DNA from: Chthonomonadales bacterium
Lineage (GTDB): Bacteria; Armatimonadota; Chthonomonadetes; Chthonomonadales; CAJBBX01
Direction: 5' to 3'
Length of the DNA stretch: 64,000 nucleotides
Assembly (NCBI GenBank): GCA_049967475.1
Contig: JBMFSQ010000012.1
Location: 30,883-94,882, forward strand
The notes below the pieces were generated by a model. That model searched no databases. It was not told where the DNA came from and saw only the letters and a program-made list of their open reading frames with translations. Both the position numbers and the translations under genes were made by a program. Below, one piece after another: positions 51,315-60,381 of this stretch. Within the stretch, counting starts at the first letter, position 1. Each line of letters begins with the position of its first letter.

Positions 51315-51397
51315 TGCATGCGCGATGCGCGGAAGCCCTCCGTTGGAATTGCGCAGTTCCTAGATCCGTGGACCCCCTCGGGGCTCGGGCGCAAACA

Positions 51398-52312
51398 TTA
51401 CTCGGAGGTGAAGTAGTCTGTGTCCACGCGCTGCACTGGGAGCGAACGAACCGTAGTCACGCCGACGCCATAATGCATCATAAGTCTCACCAATTGCGGC
51501 CCATCTATCAAAACGACGCGGCTTTCGATCTCTTCCGCGTACCTGCGGGCATCGGGGGTGAACGTTCCGCTGGTGATGAACACCCCCTTACGCCCGCGCC
51601 TGCCGTGGAGCGCGCCCACAAACTCCTGGATCTTCGGGCGGCCTACAGGTCCTTGCCATCGCTTGGCCTGCACATAGATCATTTCCAGACCGAGGTCATC
51701 CAGCTTGATCTCTCCGTCAATGCCGCCGTCGCCTGTCTTGCCCACAACCTGCGTGTCTTCCGCCTTGCCGCCGTAGCCCATCTTTTGGAGCAAGTCCAAC
51801 ACCAGCTTCTCGAAGAATTCAGGAGCGCATTGGTGCACCTGTTCCAGAAGCTGATCGGCCAGATCATCGCGAAGGCGCTTCCACGACTGGTCCAGGGCTT
51901 CTGAAGGCGGGTCTTCCTGTGAGCGTACCACAGCCTGGCCGCCGGATCGCGTAGTTTGGGCTCCGTCCTCTTGCCGGCCGCGCCATTCCCGGAATTCGGG
52001 AAAGCGGTCCAGATAGGCGAGGTCGAGTGTGTCCGGCCCTTCGGCAAGTACTGCCTGCCCGCGATCGGTGATGCGCACGAAGCCGCGCGCGGGCCGGCTC
52101 ACCAATCCGGCATGCGCCAGATACGTTGCGGCCCAGTGAACACGGTTGTAAAAAACAAAATTGCCGCCGACCAGGCGCTCCTGCCGTTCTGCCTGAGTCA
52201 ATGCGAATTCGTCCGCAAGTTGCTCCATAAGGGCTCGAAACTGGTGAGGCTCTCCATCCTTTACAGCCCGCAGCAAGGGAAGCATGATTTCATCAAACGC
52301 CGGTATAGGCAT
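51398..52312 (-). CDS. mrr: Mrr type IV restriction endonuclease
   Basis: Mrr N-terminus MPIPAFDEIMLPLL...NRVHWAATYL; catalytic GDGGIDG...YVQAKRW; RBS GGAGG. Confidence 0.95.
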   Translation of the reverse strand: MPIPAFDEIMLPLLRAVKDGEPHQFRALMEQLADEFALTQAERQERLVGGNFVFYNRVHWAATYLAHAGLVSRPARGFVRITDRGQAVLAEGPDTLDLAYLDRFPEFREWRGRQEDGAQTTRSGGQAVVRSQEDPPSEALDQSWKRLRDDLADQLLEQVHQCAPEFFEKLVLDLLQKMGYGGKAEDTQVVGKTGDGGIDGEIKLDDLGLEMIYVQAKRWQGPVGRPKIQEFVGALHGRRGRKGVFITSGTFTPDARRYAEEIESRVVLIDGPQLVRLMMHYGVGVTTVRSLPVQRVDTDYFTSE

Positions 52313-52558
52313 CGGATCCTCCGAAACGGAGCGCTGACTACGGTTTGTTTTGCAATTCTTCGCGAGGACTAGGGTTTCCTGTTCGCAAAGACTTTTTGTT
52401 ATCGCCGCAACCGAGGGATTGGTCCCGCCAGCCATTTGCGCGGCGGTATACTGGTGAAGCGGCCTCGTTTGTACATAATGAAGATTGGGGGTGTCGCTAC
52501 TCCCTTGCACACAGCGGCTGGCTGCCCTGATGCAGCAACACACAGAAAGGGATGTCGC

Positions 52559-53842
52559 ATGGAGGAGACGTTCGCTGTCGTTGGTTTGGGATATGTGGGT
52601 CTGCCTGTGGCGGTGGGCTTCGCGCGCAAGTTTCCCAAAGTTATCGGATTCGATATTGACGCCGGGAAGATCGAAGCTCTCCGGCGCGGTGTAGACCGTA
52701 CGGGAAGCTTCACGGCCGACGAGCTTGCCTGTGTCCCCTTGCGCTTCACGTCGGACGTGCAGGACCTCAAAGAAGCCACGTTCATCATCGTGGCGGTGCC
52801 GACGCCAGTGGATGCCTTCAATCAGCCGGACCTTGGTCCGCTGCGAAGAGCTTCGGAACTCGTAGGAAGCGCCCTACAGCCCGGAGCGGTGGTGGTTTTC
52901 GAGTCTACCGTTTATCCTGGTGTCACAGAAGAAGTGTGCGGCCCCATTTTGGAACGCGTGTCCGGCCTGAAGCGGGGGCTGGAGTTCAAACTCGGATATT
53001 CGCCCGAGCGCATCAATCCAGGGGACACCGAGCACACTTTCGAACGCATCGTAAAGGTGGTGTCGGGTGAAGATGCCGAGACGCTGGAGCGGGTAGCCCG
53101 GGCCTACGAGGCAGTGGTGGCAGCAGGCGTTCATCGGGCGCCGAGCATCAAAGTAGCAGAGGCTGCGAAGGTCATCGAGAACACCCAGCGCGATCTGAAC
53201 ATTGCCCTAATGAATGAGCTGGCACTCATCTTTGACCGCATGGGCATCCGAACCAGCGATGTGCTCGAGGCCGCGGGCACCAAGTGGAATTTCCTCAGGT
53301 TCTCGCCGGGGCTTGTAGGCGGCCATTGCATCGGAGTGGATCCGTACTACCTCACCACGAAAGCGGTGCAGCTCGGCTATCATCCCGAGGTGATCTTGGC
53401 AGGCCGCCGAGTGAATGATGGGATGGGACGTTTCATCGCCCAGCGGCTGATCAAGCTCCTTGCCAATTGTGACGGCCAGCCCATCAAACACGCGCGCATC
53501 GGGATCCTAGGGCTTACATTCAAAGAGAATGTTCCGGATCTCAGGAACAGCCGTGTCCCGGATATTGTGGCGGAATTGAGGCAATTCGGCATCGAACCCA
53601 TCGTGCACGATCCCCTGGCCGACCAGTTAGAAGCGATCCACGAGTACGGCATTCGCTTGTCGCCGCTGGACGCGTTCCGTCTCTTGGACGGGCTCGTGTT
53701 CGCCGTCCCGCATCGCGAATACGTGCAGAAGGATCCGGCATGGTTCGCCGGATGCCTCAAACCGGGCGGCGTCTTGATGGACGTGAAGAGCATCCTACGC
53801 AAGAACCCGCCACCCGACACAGTTCGGTATTGGTGCATCTAG
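52559..53842 (+). CDS. UDP-N-acetylhexosamine 6-dehydrogenase (TviB/WbpO/CapL-like)
   Basis: VVGLGYVGLP, ESTVYPG, YSPERINPGD, GGHCIGVDPYY, FKENVPDLRNS. Confidence 0.93.
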   Translation: MEETFAVVGLGYVGLPVAVGFARKFPKVIGFDIDAGKIEALRRGVDRTGSFTADELACVPLRFTSDVQDLKEATFIIVAVPTPVDAFNQPDLGPLRRASELVGSALQPGAVVVFESTVYPGVTEEVCGPILERVSGLKRGLEFKLGYSPERINPGDTEHTFERIVKVVSGEDAETLERVARAYEAVVAAGVHRAPSIKVAEAAKVIENTQRDLNIALMNELALIFDRMGIRTSDVLEAAGTKWNFLRFSPGLVGGHCIGVDPYYLTTKAVQLGYHPEVILAGRRVNDGMGRFIAQRLIKLLANCDGQPIKHARIGILGLTFKENVPDLRNSRVPDIVAELRQFGIEPIVHDPLADQLEAIHEYGIRLSPLDAFRLLDGLVFAVPHREYVQKDPAWFAGCLKPGGVLMDVKSILRKNPPPDTVRYWCI

Positions 53843-54048
53843 CTGCCGGAGCCTTCGGGATGCCCACGTGGTGCGCCACAGATCGTAAGGCCGGAACATG
53901 GTTTAGGGGTTCGGACTTCGCTCGGTGGAGAGGCGTTTGCGGGACCCTAGGTGTTCTCCGCCAAGCCGGAGTGCCGCCGGTGGCTCCCACGATACGGGAG
54001 GGAGGTGTACGAACACCCGCTCAAGGAACCGCGGCCCAGGATCCCGCG

Positions 54049-54795
54049 CTACTTTTTGCCGCGTATTCGCCTCAGTAAAGCCCGGAGCGGATCAAAATAG
54101 ATGTCGGCCACCCGTTCCTTAAGGGGAATAATGGCGTCGTCGGTGATATGGATGTGCTCCGGACAAACTTCTTCACAGCACTTGGTGATATTGCAGTAGC
54201 CCACGCCGGCCTCGTTGCGAAGCTGCACTCGGCGGTCCACGATATCCAGAGGGTGCATATCGAGGCTTGCAATCTTCACCATGAAGCGCGGCCCGAAGTA
54301 GCCGTCCTTCCGGTTGTGATCCCTTAGCACGTGGCATACATCTTGGCAGAGGAAGCACTCGATGCACATGCGGAATTGCTGCACGCGCTCCACGTCCATT
54401 TGCTGCATCCGGAAGGGCCGGGGAGTCTTGGGGGACACCGTAAGAGGCGGGATTTGCTTGGCCCTCTCATAATTCCAGGACACATCGGTTACCAGATCTT
54501 TGATCAAAGGAAACGTTTTGAGCGGATGCACGCGGATGACGCCGTTTTCATCGGCATAATCCTCTACGCGGCTCTTGCACATGAGGCGGGGAAGCCCGTT
54601 GATCTCGGCGCTGCATGACCCGCATTTAGCCGCTTTACAGTTCCACCGCACGGCGATCGAACTATCCTGCCGCTCTTGCACCTGTCGAACAGCATCCAGC
54701 ACCACCATTCCTGGAAAGGTTTCCACCTCGTAGGATTTCTCTTCGCCGCCGTGGGCATCGCCCCTAAAGATCTTGAGTGTGATCATTTTGCGCAT
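54049..54795 (-). CDS. sdhB: Succinate dehydrogenase/fumarate reductase Fe-S subunit (Sdh1-type)
   Basis: CKAAKCGSC, CIECFLCQDVC, CNITKCCEEVCP. Confidence 0.93.
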   Translation of the reverse strand: MRKMITLKIFRGDAHGGEEKSYEVETFPGMVVLDAVRQVQERQDSSIAVRWNCKAAKCGSCSAEINGLPRLMCKSRVEDYADENGVIRVHPLKTFPLIKDLVTDVSWNYERAKQIPPLTVSPKTPRPFRMQQMDVERVQQFRMCIECFLCQDVCHVLRDHNRKDGYFGPRFMVKIASLDMHPLDIVDRRVQLRNEAGVGYCNITKCCEEVCPEHIHITDDAIIPLKERVADIYFDPLRALLRRIRGKK

Positions 54796-54848
54796 CGGCT
54801 CTTCTCCAAACCTCTTTTGTAGCGCGCTCGGTGGCGTCACCGCCTGCT

Positions 54849-56657
54849 TCACCGCTTCCGAAGGGTCTCCTCGTCAAAGAGTGCGGCGAGATGGGGCGGC
54901 ATCTCAGGCACGGGCACCGTGTCCAGGCGCACTCGGTCGCCGTCCTTCATCGCCAGTATGTTCTTGCGAGCCCATTCCGCATCCTTATTGGGATAATCCA
55001 GCCTCCACTGGGCTCCGCGGGACTCCTTGCGCTCGAGGGCGCAGCGTACGATGATCTCAGAAGTTTTGAGCATGAAGCGGATATCGCGGGCCGTATGCCA
55101 CCCAGGGTTGTAGTGGCGATCTCCATCAACATGGAGGTTGCGCGCCCGCTCCTGAAGTTCAAGAACCTTCTTCAAGCACGCCGTAAGGCCTTCCTCAGTA
55201 CGGGCGATCATGGCTCCTTCCTGCATAGCCTCCTGCAGCTCGCGCGTTATTTCGTAGGGGGACTCGCGGCCGGAGTTTGTGAACGGGTCAAGAAGGAGAG
55301 TTGCCTCAGCCTCGATCTGGTTTGGATCCAGAGGTGCGAAGGAGGCGCCTTTGGCGTAGGCTGCGGCGCCTTCGCCGGCGCGCTTCCCAAAGACCAGAAT
55401 ATCCGTAAGGGAGTTCCCTCCGAGGCGGTTTGCCCCATGGAGGCCGGCTGCGCATTCTCCCGCTGCGAAAAGGCCCGGAACGGTAGTAGCGCACGTGTCG
55501 GGCTCTGCCCGGATGCCACCCATCGTGTAGTGAATGGTGGGATAAACCTCCATCGGCTGCTTAGTGATATCCACTTCACCCAGCGCCATGAATTGTTCGT
55601 ACATGCTGGGCAGGCGCCTCTTTATGAAGTCTGCCCCCCGATGGGTAATATCCAGATAGACGCCTCCGTGTTCCGTACCGCGCCCCGCCAAGACCTCTTT
55701 GTATATGGCCCGCGACACCACATCCCGGGGAAGAAGTTCCGGTGGGCGGCGGTAATTCTTCTTGTCATCCAGCCATTTGGCGGCTTCCTCTTCCGTCTCG
55801 GCGAACTTGCCCTTGTAGTTGTCGGGCATGTATTCCGGATTGAACATGAAGCGCTCGCCGCGGCTGTTGCGAAGCACCCCGCCGTCGCCTCGAACCCCCT
55901 CGGTAACGAGGAGACCACGCACGCCCGGCGGCCAGATCATGCCCGTGGGATGGAACTGTACCATTTCCATGTCCTGGAGCGCCGCTCCGGCCTCGTAGGC
56001 GAGCATCGCGCCGTCCCCGGTGGATTCCCATGAGTTGGACGTGTACTTGTACATGCGTCCCCAGCCTCCGGTGGCAAGCACCACGGCCTTCGCGCGGAAC
56101 GCAACGAACTTGCCCGAGCCTCGACGGTACCCGAAGGCGCCCACAACCCGGTCCCCTTCCTTGATGAGACGCGTGATCGTGGTCTCCATATACACCGTGG
56201 GGTTCAGCGACACCACCTTATCTTGAAGGGTGCGTATGAGTTCCAGTCCAGTTCGGTCGCCTACGTGGTTGAGGCGCCGATAGGTATGGCCACCGAACGG
56301 GCGTTCCGAGATGAGGCCTTCGGGGGTCCGGTCGAAAACGGCTCCGTACTCTTCCAGTTCCAAAACGCGCTCAGGAGCCTCTTTGGCGAAGATTTCCACC
56401 GTGCGCGGGTTGGCGAGGAATTGCCCGCCGATCATCGTGTCTCGAAAGTGGACTTCCCAACTGTCGGGCTCGCCCATGTTCCCGAGAGCAGCCGCGGCCC
56501 CTCCTTCCGCCATCACCGTGTGGGCCTTGCCGAGCAGCGACTTGCAGACGATGCCGCAGGAAAGCCCTGCCTCGAGTACCGCGATAGCCGCGCGCAACCC
56601 GGCACCGCCGGCCCCGATCACCAATACGTCGTGTTCGAACGTTTCGAATGGCTCCAT
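54849..56657 (-). CDS. sdhA: Succinate dehydrogenase/fumarate reductase flavoprotein
   Basis: GAGGAG, FAD-His motif KAHTVMAEGG, QFHPT, HYTMGG, HGANRLGGNSL, ESRG. Confidence 0.95.
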   Translation of the reverse strand: MEPFETFEHDVLVIGAGGAGLRAAIAVLEAGLSCGIVCKSLLGKAHTVMAEGGAAAALGNMGEPDSWEVHFRDTMIGGQFLANPRTVEIFAKEAPERVLELEEYGAVFDRTPEGLISERPFGGHTYRRLNHVGDRTGLELIRTLQDKVVSLNPTVYMETTITRLIKEGDRVVGAFGYRRGSGKFVAFRAKAVVLATGGWGRMYKYTSNSWESTGDGAMLAYEAGAALQDMEMVQFHPTGMIWPPGVRGLLVTEGVRGDGGVLRNSRGERFMFNPEYMPDNYKGKFAETEEEAAKWLDDKKNYRRPPELLPRDVVSRAIYKEVLAGRGTEHGGVYLDITHRGADFIKRRLPSMYEQFMALGEVDITKQPMEVYPTIHYTMGGIRAEPDTCATTVPGLFAAGECAAGLHGANRLGGNSLTDILVFGKRAGEGAAAYAKGASFAPLDPNQIEAEATLLLDPFTNSGRESPYEITRELQEAMQEGAMIARTEEGLTACLKKVLELQERARNLHVDGDRHYNPGWHTARDIRFMLKTSEIIVRCALERKESRGAQWRLDYPNKDAEWARKNILAMKDGDRVRLDTVPVPEMPPHLAALFDEETLRKR

Positions 56658-57469
56658 CAGAAGAACCTCACATCAAACCCGGGATACATGGCTGCCAAAC
56701 GCACGTACAAGTCCGTCAGAGCTACCCATATAAGGCTCAACCACGCAAACAGCGCATGGCGCCGGTTCAGGAAGCTGAATTTCACCCAAAGGCCGTACCG
56801 GGTACGGCTGAGCGCATCGCAGGAATAGCAGTTTAAGCTTCCGCCGATCAGGTGCCTCCACGAGTGGCAGCCGAACGTGTACAGCGCCAGCAGCACCACG
56901 TTCACTGTAAGAACGAGGCTTCCCATTCCCATGCCAAAGTGCACGTGACCGTCTGCGCCCGGCCACATGAAGGACCGGATGGCATCCCAGCCCAAGATGA
57001 AAATGAAGAGGACCGCGATGTAGAGGGCGAAACGGTGAAAGTTCTGCGCAACCAAGGGGAATACGCGTTCGCCTGTGTATCGCATCCTCTTGTTTGCATT
57101 GGGCTCGGGAACGGCACAACCTGGCGGATCGAAAACGAACGAGCGGTAATACGCCTTCCGGTAGTAATAGCACGTCAGCCGGAACAACAGAGGAAACAGA
57201 AGGATATAAACGGCCGGCGAAATCATCTTTGGGCCGATGAACGGAAGGTTCACCACCACATGGAAGGGCAGAAGGGGTGAATACATCGGCGAAAGGTACG
57301 GACCGGCCTCGTAATATGCGTTCTCGAATACGCGGAATGTGGTATAAACCACAAAGGCGGTGAACACGGTGAACGTGGCAGCCGGGGCCAGCCACCACAG
57401 GTCTTTGCGGCTCGATATCGGAAGGGGTGCCCGGCCGGGTTCCCGTGATTGCGCGGTATAGGATGCCAT
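56657..57469 (-). CDS. sdhC: Succinate dehydrogenase membrane anchor, mycobacterial Sdh1 (Rv0249c)-like
   Basis: YLSPMYSP, FRLTCYYYRKAYYRSF, NFHR, GCHSWRH, RHALFAW; RBS GGAGGT. Confidence 0.85.
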   Translation of the reverse strand: MASYTAQSREPGRAPLPISSRKDLWWLAPAATFTVFTAFVVYTTFRVFENAYYEAGPYLSPMYSPLLPFHVVVNLPFIGPKMISPAVYILLFPLLFRLTCYYYRKAYYRSFVFDPPGCAVPEPNANKRMRYTGERVFPLVAQNFHRFALYIAVLFIFILGWDAIRSFMWPGADGHVHFGMGMGSLVLTVNVVLLALYTFGCHSWRHLIGGSLNCYSCDALSRTRYGLWVKFSFLNRRHALFAWLSLIWVALTDLYVRLAAMYPGFDVRFF

Positions 57470-57791
57470 AGGACCTCCCATTTTCTTTTACGTCGAAATG
57501 GCGCTGATGCCCGCCTGCCTTGGGCAACCGAAGTCGGACCATTTCCAAGGGCCATGGTGCCCCCCACGCGGCAGGAGCCTTCAACAGGCCATCTCAACGG
57601 GCTTCTCCGCTCGGGATGCAGTCCTCATCGTGTAACGCACGATTAAGCCCTGCAGGCTCCGTGTCACCGGCTGCGGGCCCATTACCTGCCCCCCGAGACT
57701 ACAGTACGGTGCAACATACGCCCATTAGCTTAGCATATAGGCCGGTGGGGTGTAAAATGAAAAGGTGCGATCCTCTCAATCAGGTAGGCTT

Positions 57792-58769
57792 ATGCCCAGA
57801 TCATTAGGAGTGAGCTTGGCTGCGCTGCAGGTATTCTGCGACGTAGTAGAACACCGCTCGTTTACTAGAGCTGCCGAGGCAAACTTCCTTACGCAATCCG
57901 CAGTAAGCCAGCGCATCCGAAGTTTGGAGAGCGCGTTGGGGAAGCAGCTTTTGGAGCGATCCAAGGGCCAAGTCGGCGTGATCCCAACGGATGCCGGGCG
58001 CACCCTCTACGACGGCGCCAAGGCCCTCATCGCGGAAGCTCACGAATTGGAACTGCGTGTCAAAGGGCTTACCGACCGCATCGCCGGCTCGGTGCGTGTT
58101 GAAGCAGTTTATTCCGTGGGCCTCTATACTTTGCCCCAACGCCTGAAGCCCTTCCTGGCACGTTACCCGGCAGTGAATGTTCATGTAGAATACCAACAGA
58201 TGCGCCGCATCTACCAGAATGTTCTCTCCGGTGCAACAGATATCGGCATTGTTGCATGCCCTGCGCCAAAGCCCGGCATCGAGGTCCTCCCATTCGGCGA
58301 AGATGAGATGGTGGTCATCTGCCCTCCAGAGCATCCGCTGGCAAAGGAAACGACCATTCCTTTGAGCAGGCTGGAAGGCGAGCGCTTCATCGCCTTCGAG
58401 GATGACGTACCCACGCGCCGCATCACCGACGAGCACCTGGCGCGATTAGGTGTGCACGTGAACATCGTCGCAGAATTCGAGAACATCGAGACCATAAAGA
58501 ACCTCGTGGAAATCGGCGGGGGAGTGGCCATCGTACCTCGCAATACGGTGTACCGTGACCTCACTTCCGGATCCCTCGCGATGGTGCAGTTAGATGAGAG
58601 GGACCGCTTCACGAGGGAAGCGGGTATCCTCATACAAAGCCACCGCAGGCGCCGCGCCGCACTGGACGCGCTCCTTGCTGCCCTCACGACCCCGTCATCA
58701 GCGGGGCCCACGGAGTTCAATGGACCAAATGGAGCCACTGCGTCAGCAGAAACCATACGCGTTCTATGA
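57792..58769 (+). CDS. LysR-family regulator divergent from sdh (start uncertain)
   Basis: SFTRAAEANFLTQSAVSQRIRSLE HTH and LysR substrate-binding domain. Confidence 0.93.
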   Translation: MPRSLGVSLAALQVFCDVVEHRSFTRAAEANFLTQSAVSQRIRSLESALGKQLLERSKGQVGVIPTDAGRTLYDGAKALIAEAHELELRVKGLTDRIAGSVRVEAVYSVGLYTLPQRLKPFLARYPAVNVHVEYQQMRRIYQNVLSGATDIGIVACPAPKPGIEVLPFGEDEMVVICPPEHPLAKETTIPLSRLEGERFIAFEDDVPTRRITDEHLARLGVHVNIVAEFENIETIKNLVEIGGGVAIVPRNTVYRDLTSGSLAMVQLDERDRFTREAGILIQSHRRRRAALDALLAALTTPSSAGPTEFNGPNGATASAETIRVL

Positions 58770-59391
58770 ACACGCTCATACGCGTCATGACGGTATTCCC
58801 AAAGAACACCCCAAACGTAACCATCAGGAAGAACCGACCCCAGCGCGCCCCAGTCCGGAGCACGCGATTGCGGTGCTGGAAGCTGAAGAAGAAATAGGCG
58901 AGCACACATGCCAGAACCACGATAAAGACGATATTGTCCGCAGTGGTGTTGTATCCCGCTGCCTGCCCTGGCGGCACGTAGGGCGACTTGAACGAGGCGA
59001 TGACCTGGGGGAGCTTGTCGTTGATTTGCGCCTTGAAGGCGAGGCCCGCCCCAGCGCCGATGGTTATGCCCATAACCAACCGGGAGAGCCACACAGTTCG
59101 GGGGTGGTACATTCCGTACCAAAAGGCTCCTAGAAGGCCGGCGAGTATCCCCGTTGCCGCTGCGCCCCAATGGCGTTGGGTCACAGCGGCAGCCAGCGGT
59201 GCATACCATTTGGGCAACAGAATGTCGGTGACCGTGGTCGCTACTCCAAACCCTACTCCCAGGCCAAGGAGGATGTGCTCGGCAAAGCGGTACGCCCGGT
59301 TCTCGCGATAGAGAAAGGAGAACACCGCCAGCGTAGCACATGCACTCAGCCAGATCACCGCCGTGTGGATTGGGCCGGGAATATCCATCAC
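58717..59391 (-). CDS. Uncharacterised multi-pass membrane protein (gene 4 of the DUF6754 operon)
   Basis: TLAVFSFLYRENRAYRFAEH, GRFFLMVTFGVFFGNTVMTR; overlaps the upstream stop (GTGA). Confidence 0.8.
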   Translation of the reverse strand: MMDIPGPIHTAVIWLSACATLAVFSFLYRENRAYRFAEHILLGLGVGFGVATTVTDILLPKWYAPLAAAVTQRHWGAAATGILAGLLGAFWYGMYHPRTVWLSRLVMGITIGAGAGLAFKAQINDKLPQVIASFKSPYVPPGQAAGYNTTADNIVFIVVLACVLAYFFFSFQHRNRVLRTGARWGRFFLMVTFGVFFGNTVMTRMSVFIERVWFLLTQWLHLVH

Positions 59392-60269
59392 GCTGTCCGT
59401 TCCTGGTGACCGTGCCTATGGGAGTACCGGCGGGCGATGAATGCAACGTTCCCCAAGAGCACAACGAACACGATGAGCAGATGACCGAAGGATTGTGCGA
59501 TGATGATGTCCACGCCTTCCCCTGGGACGGACATGAGCATTTCGTATTCCGCGCCGCCTCGGGCGCCTACGAGGATGCCCGTAATCTGCTGGGCATCAAT
59601 GTACGAGTACAACATGGTTGAATTAATGGCTGCCGCAGCAAAGGCAACCTTCGTACCATACACTGCCTCCATAAACTGGATGAACTCCGGCGTTGGGTTG
59701 TAGCCGACACTGATGGCCAGCCAGAAGGAGCTTGCATCACGAACCCCGCGGAGGATCGGAAGCCGACCTGCAGGCGTGCCATAGATATCGGACTGCATGT
59801 ACCGGGGAAAGTCGCGCGCCATAGCCTGCACGGCAAAGGCCACCTGATCTCCCGGAACTTTGTAGCCGAAATCCACCCATTCGATCCCATAACTTCTGTG
59901 AAATCGGCGCGCGGCTTCCTCGAGAATGGGTTGGTAGAACGGCGGCGAGGATGGATTGGAGGTCCAGACTACGAAGGGGATGCCGTTGCGCATGAGGTGC
60001 GTGACGATGCCGCGGAACTGCGCCCGGCATTCTCCTACGGTGCCGGCATCCCAGGTGGGCTGGAGCATCACCAAACGCCCGGGCGGCGTATTCTCGATGG
60101 CACGGTAAACGCCCATCGTGTCCCGGGAAGCCGGAATGGGCGGCCTCATCCTTACGAACACAGGTATAGACACTGCAACGAAAAGGGCGGTGTAGAGCCA
60201 ACGGCGGTCGAGGTCTCCGGCCGCACTCAAAAGATTCAAGGTGTACTCGAGGCTCCTTCTCATCGCCAT
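59388..60269 (-). CDS. Uncharacterised protein with N- and C-terminal TM segments and an extracytoplasmic alpha/beta domain (gene 3)
   Basis: DRRWLY plus TM; YGIEWVDFGY; QITGILVGARGGAEYE; C-terminal TM. Confidence 0.8.
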   Translation of the reverse strand: MAMRRSLEYTLNLLSAAGDLDRRWLYTALFVAVSIPVFVRMRPPIPASRDTMGVYRAIENTPPGRLVMLQPTWDAGTVGECRAQFRGIVTHLMRNGIPFVVWTSNPSSPPFYQPILEEAARRFHRSYGIEWVDFGYKVPGDQVAFAVQAMARDFPRYMQSDIYGTPAGRLPILRGVRDASSFWLAISVGYNPTPEFIQFMEAVYGTKVAFAAAAINSTMLYSYIDAQQITGILVGARGGAEYEMLMSVPGEGVDIIIAQSFGHLLIVFVVLLGNVAFIARRYSHRHGHQERTA

Positions 60270-60381
60270 GTACTCCCACCATGGGTCTGGGGATCGCCCT
60301 CGGGATCAGGCGATGAGTCTTCCGAAGCTGCTTCGGGCTGAACTGCAACGGCAACGGGTTCCGGCGTGACAGATCGGGGAG

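Noticed and set aside
54831..56033. 400-aa plus-strand ORF, and similar ORFs opposite icd, dnaK, the pilin genes and lysR
   Set aside because: Antisense to clearly identified genes
58717..58769. 53-bp convergent overlap of lysR and the membrane gene
   Set aside because: The LysR tail looks like a non-conserved extension; short convergent overlaps are common
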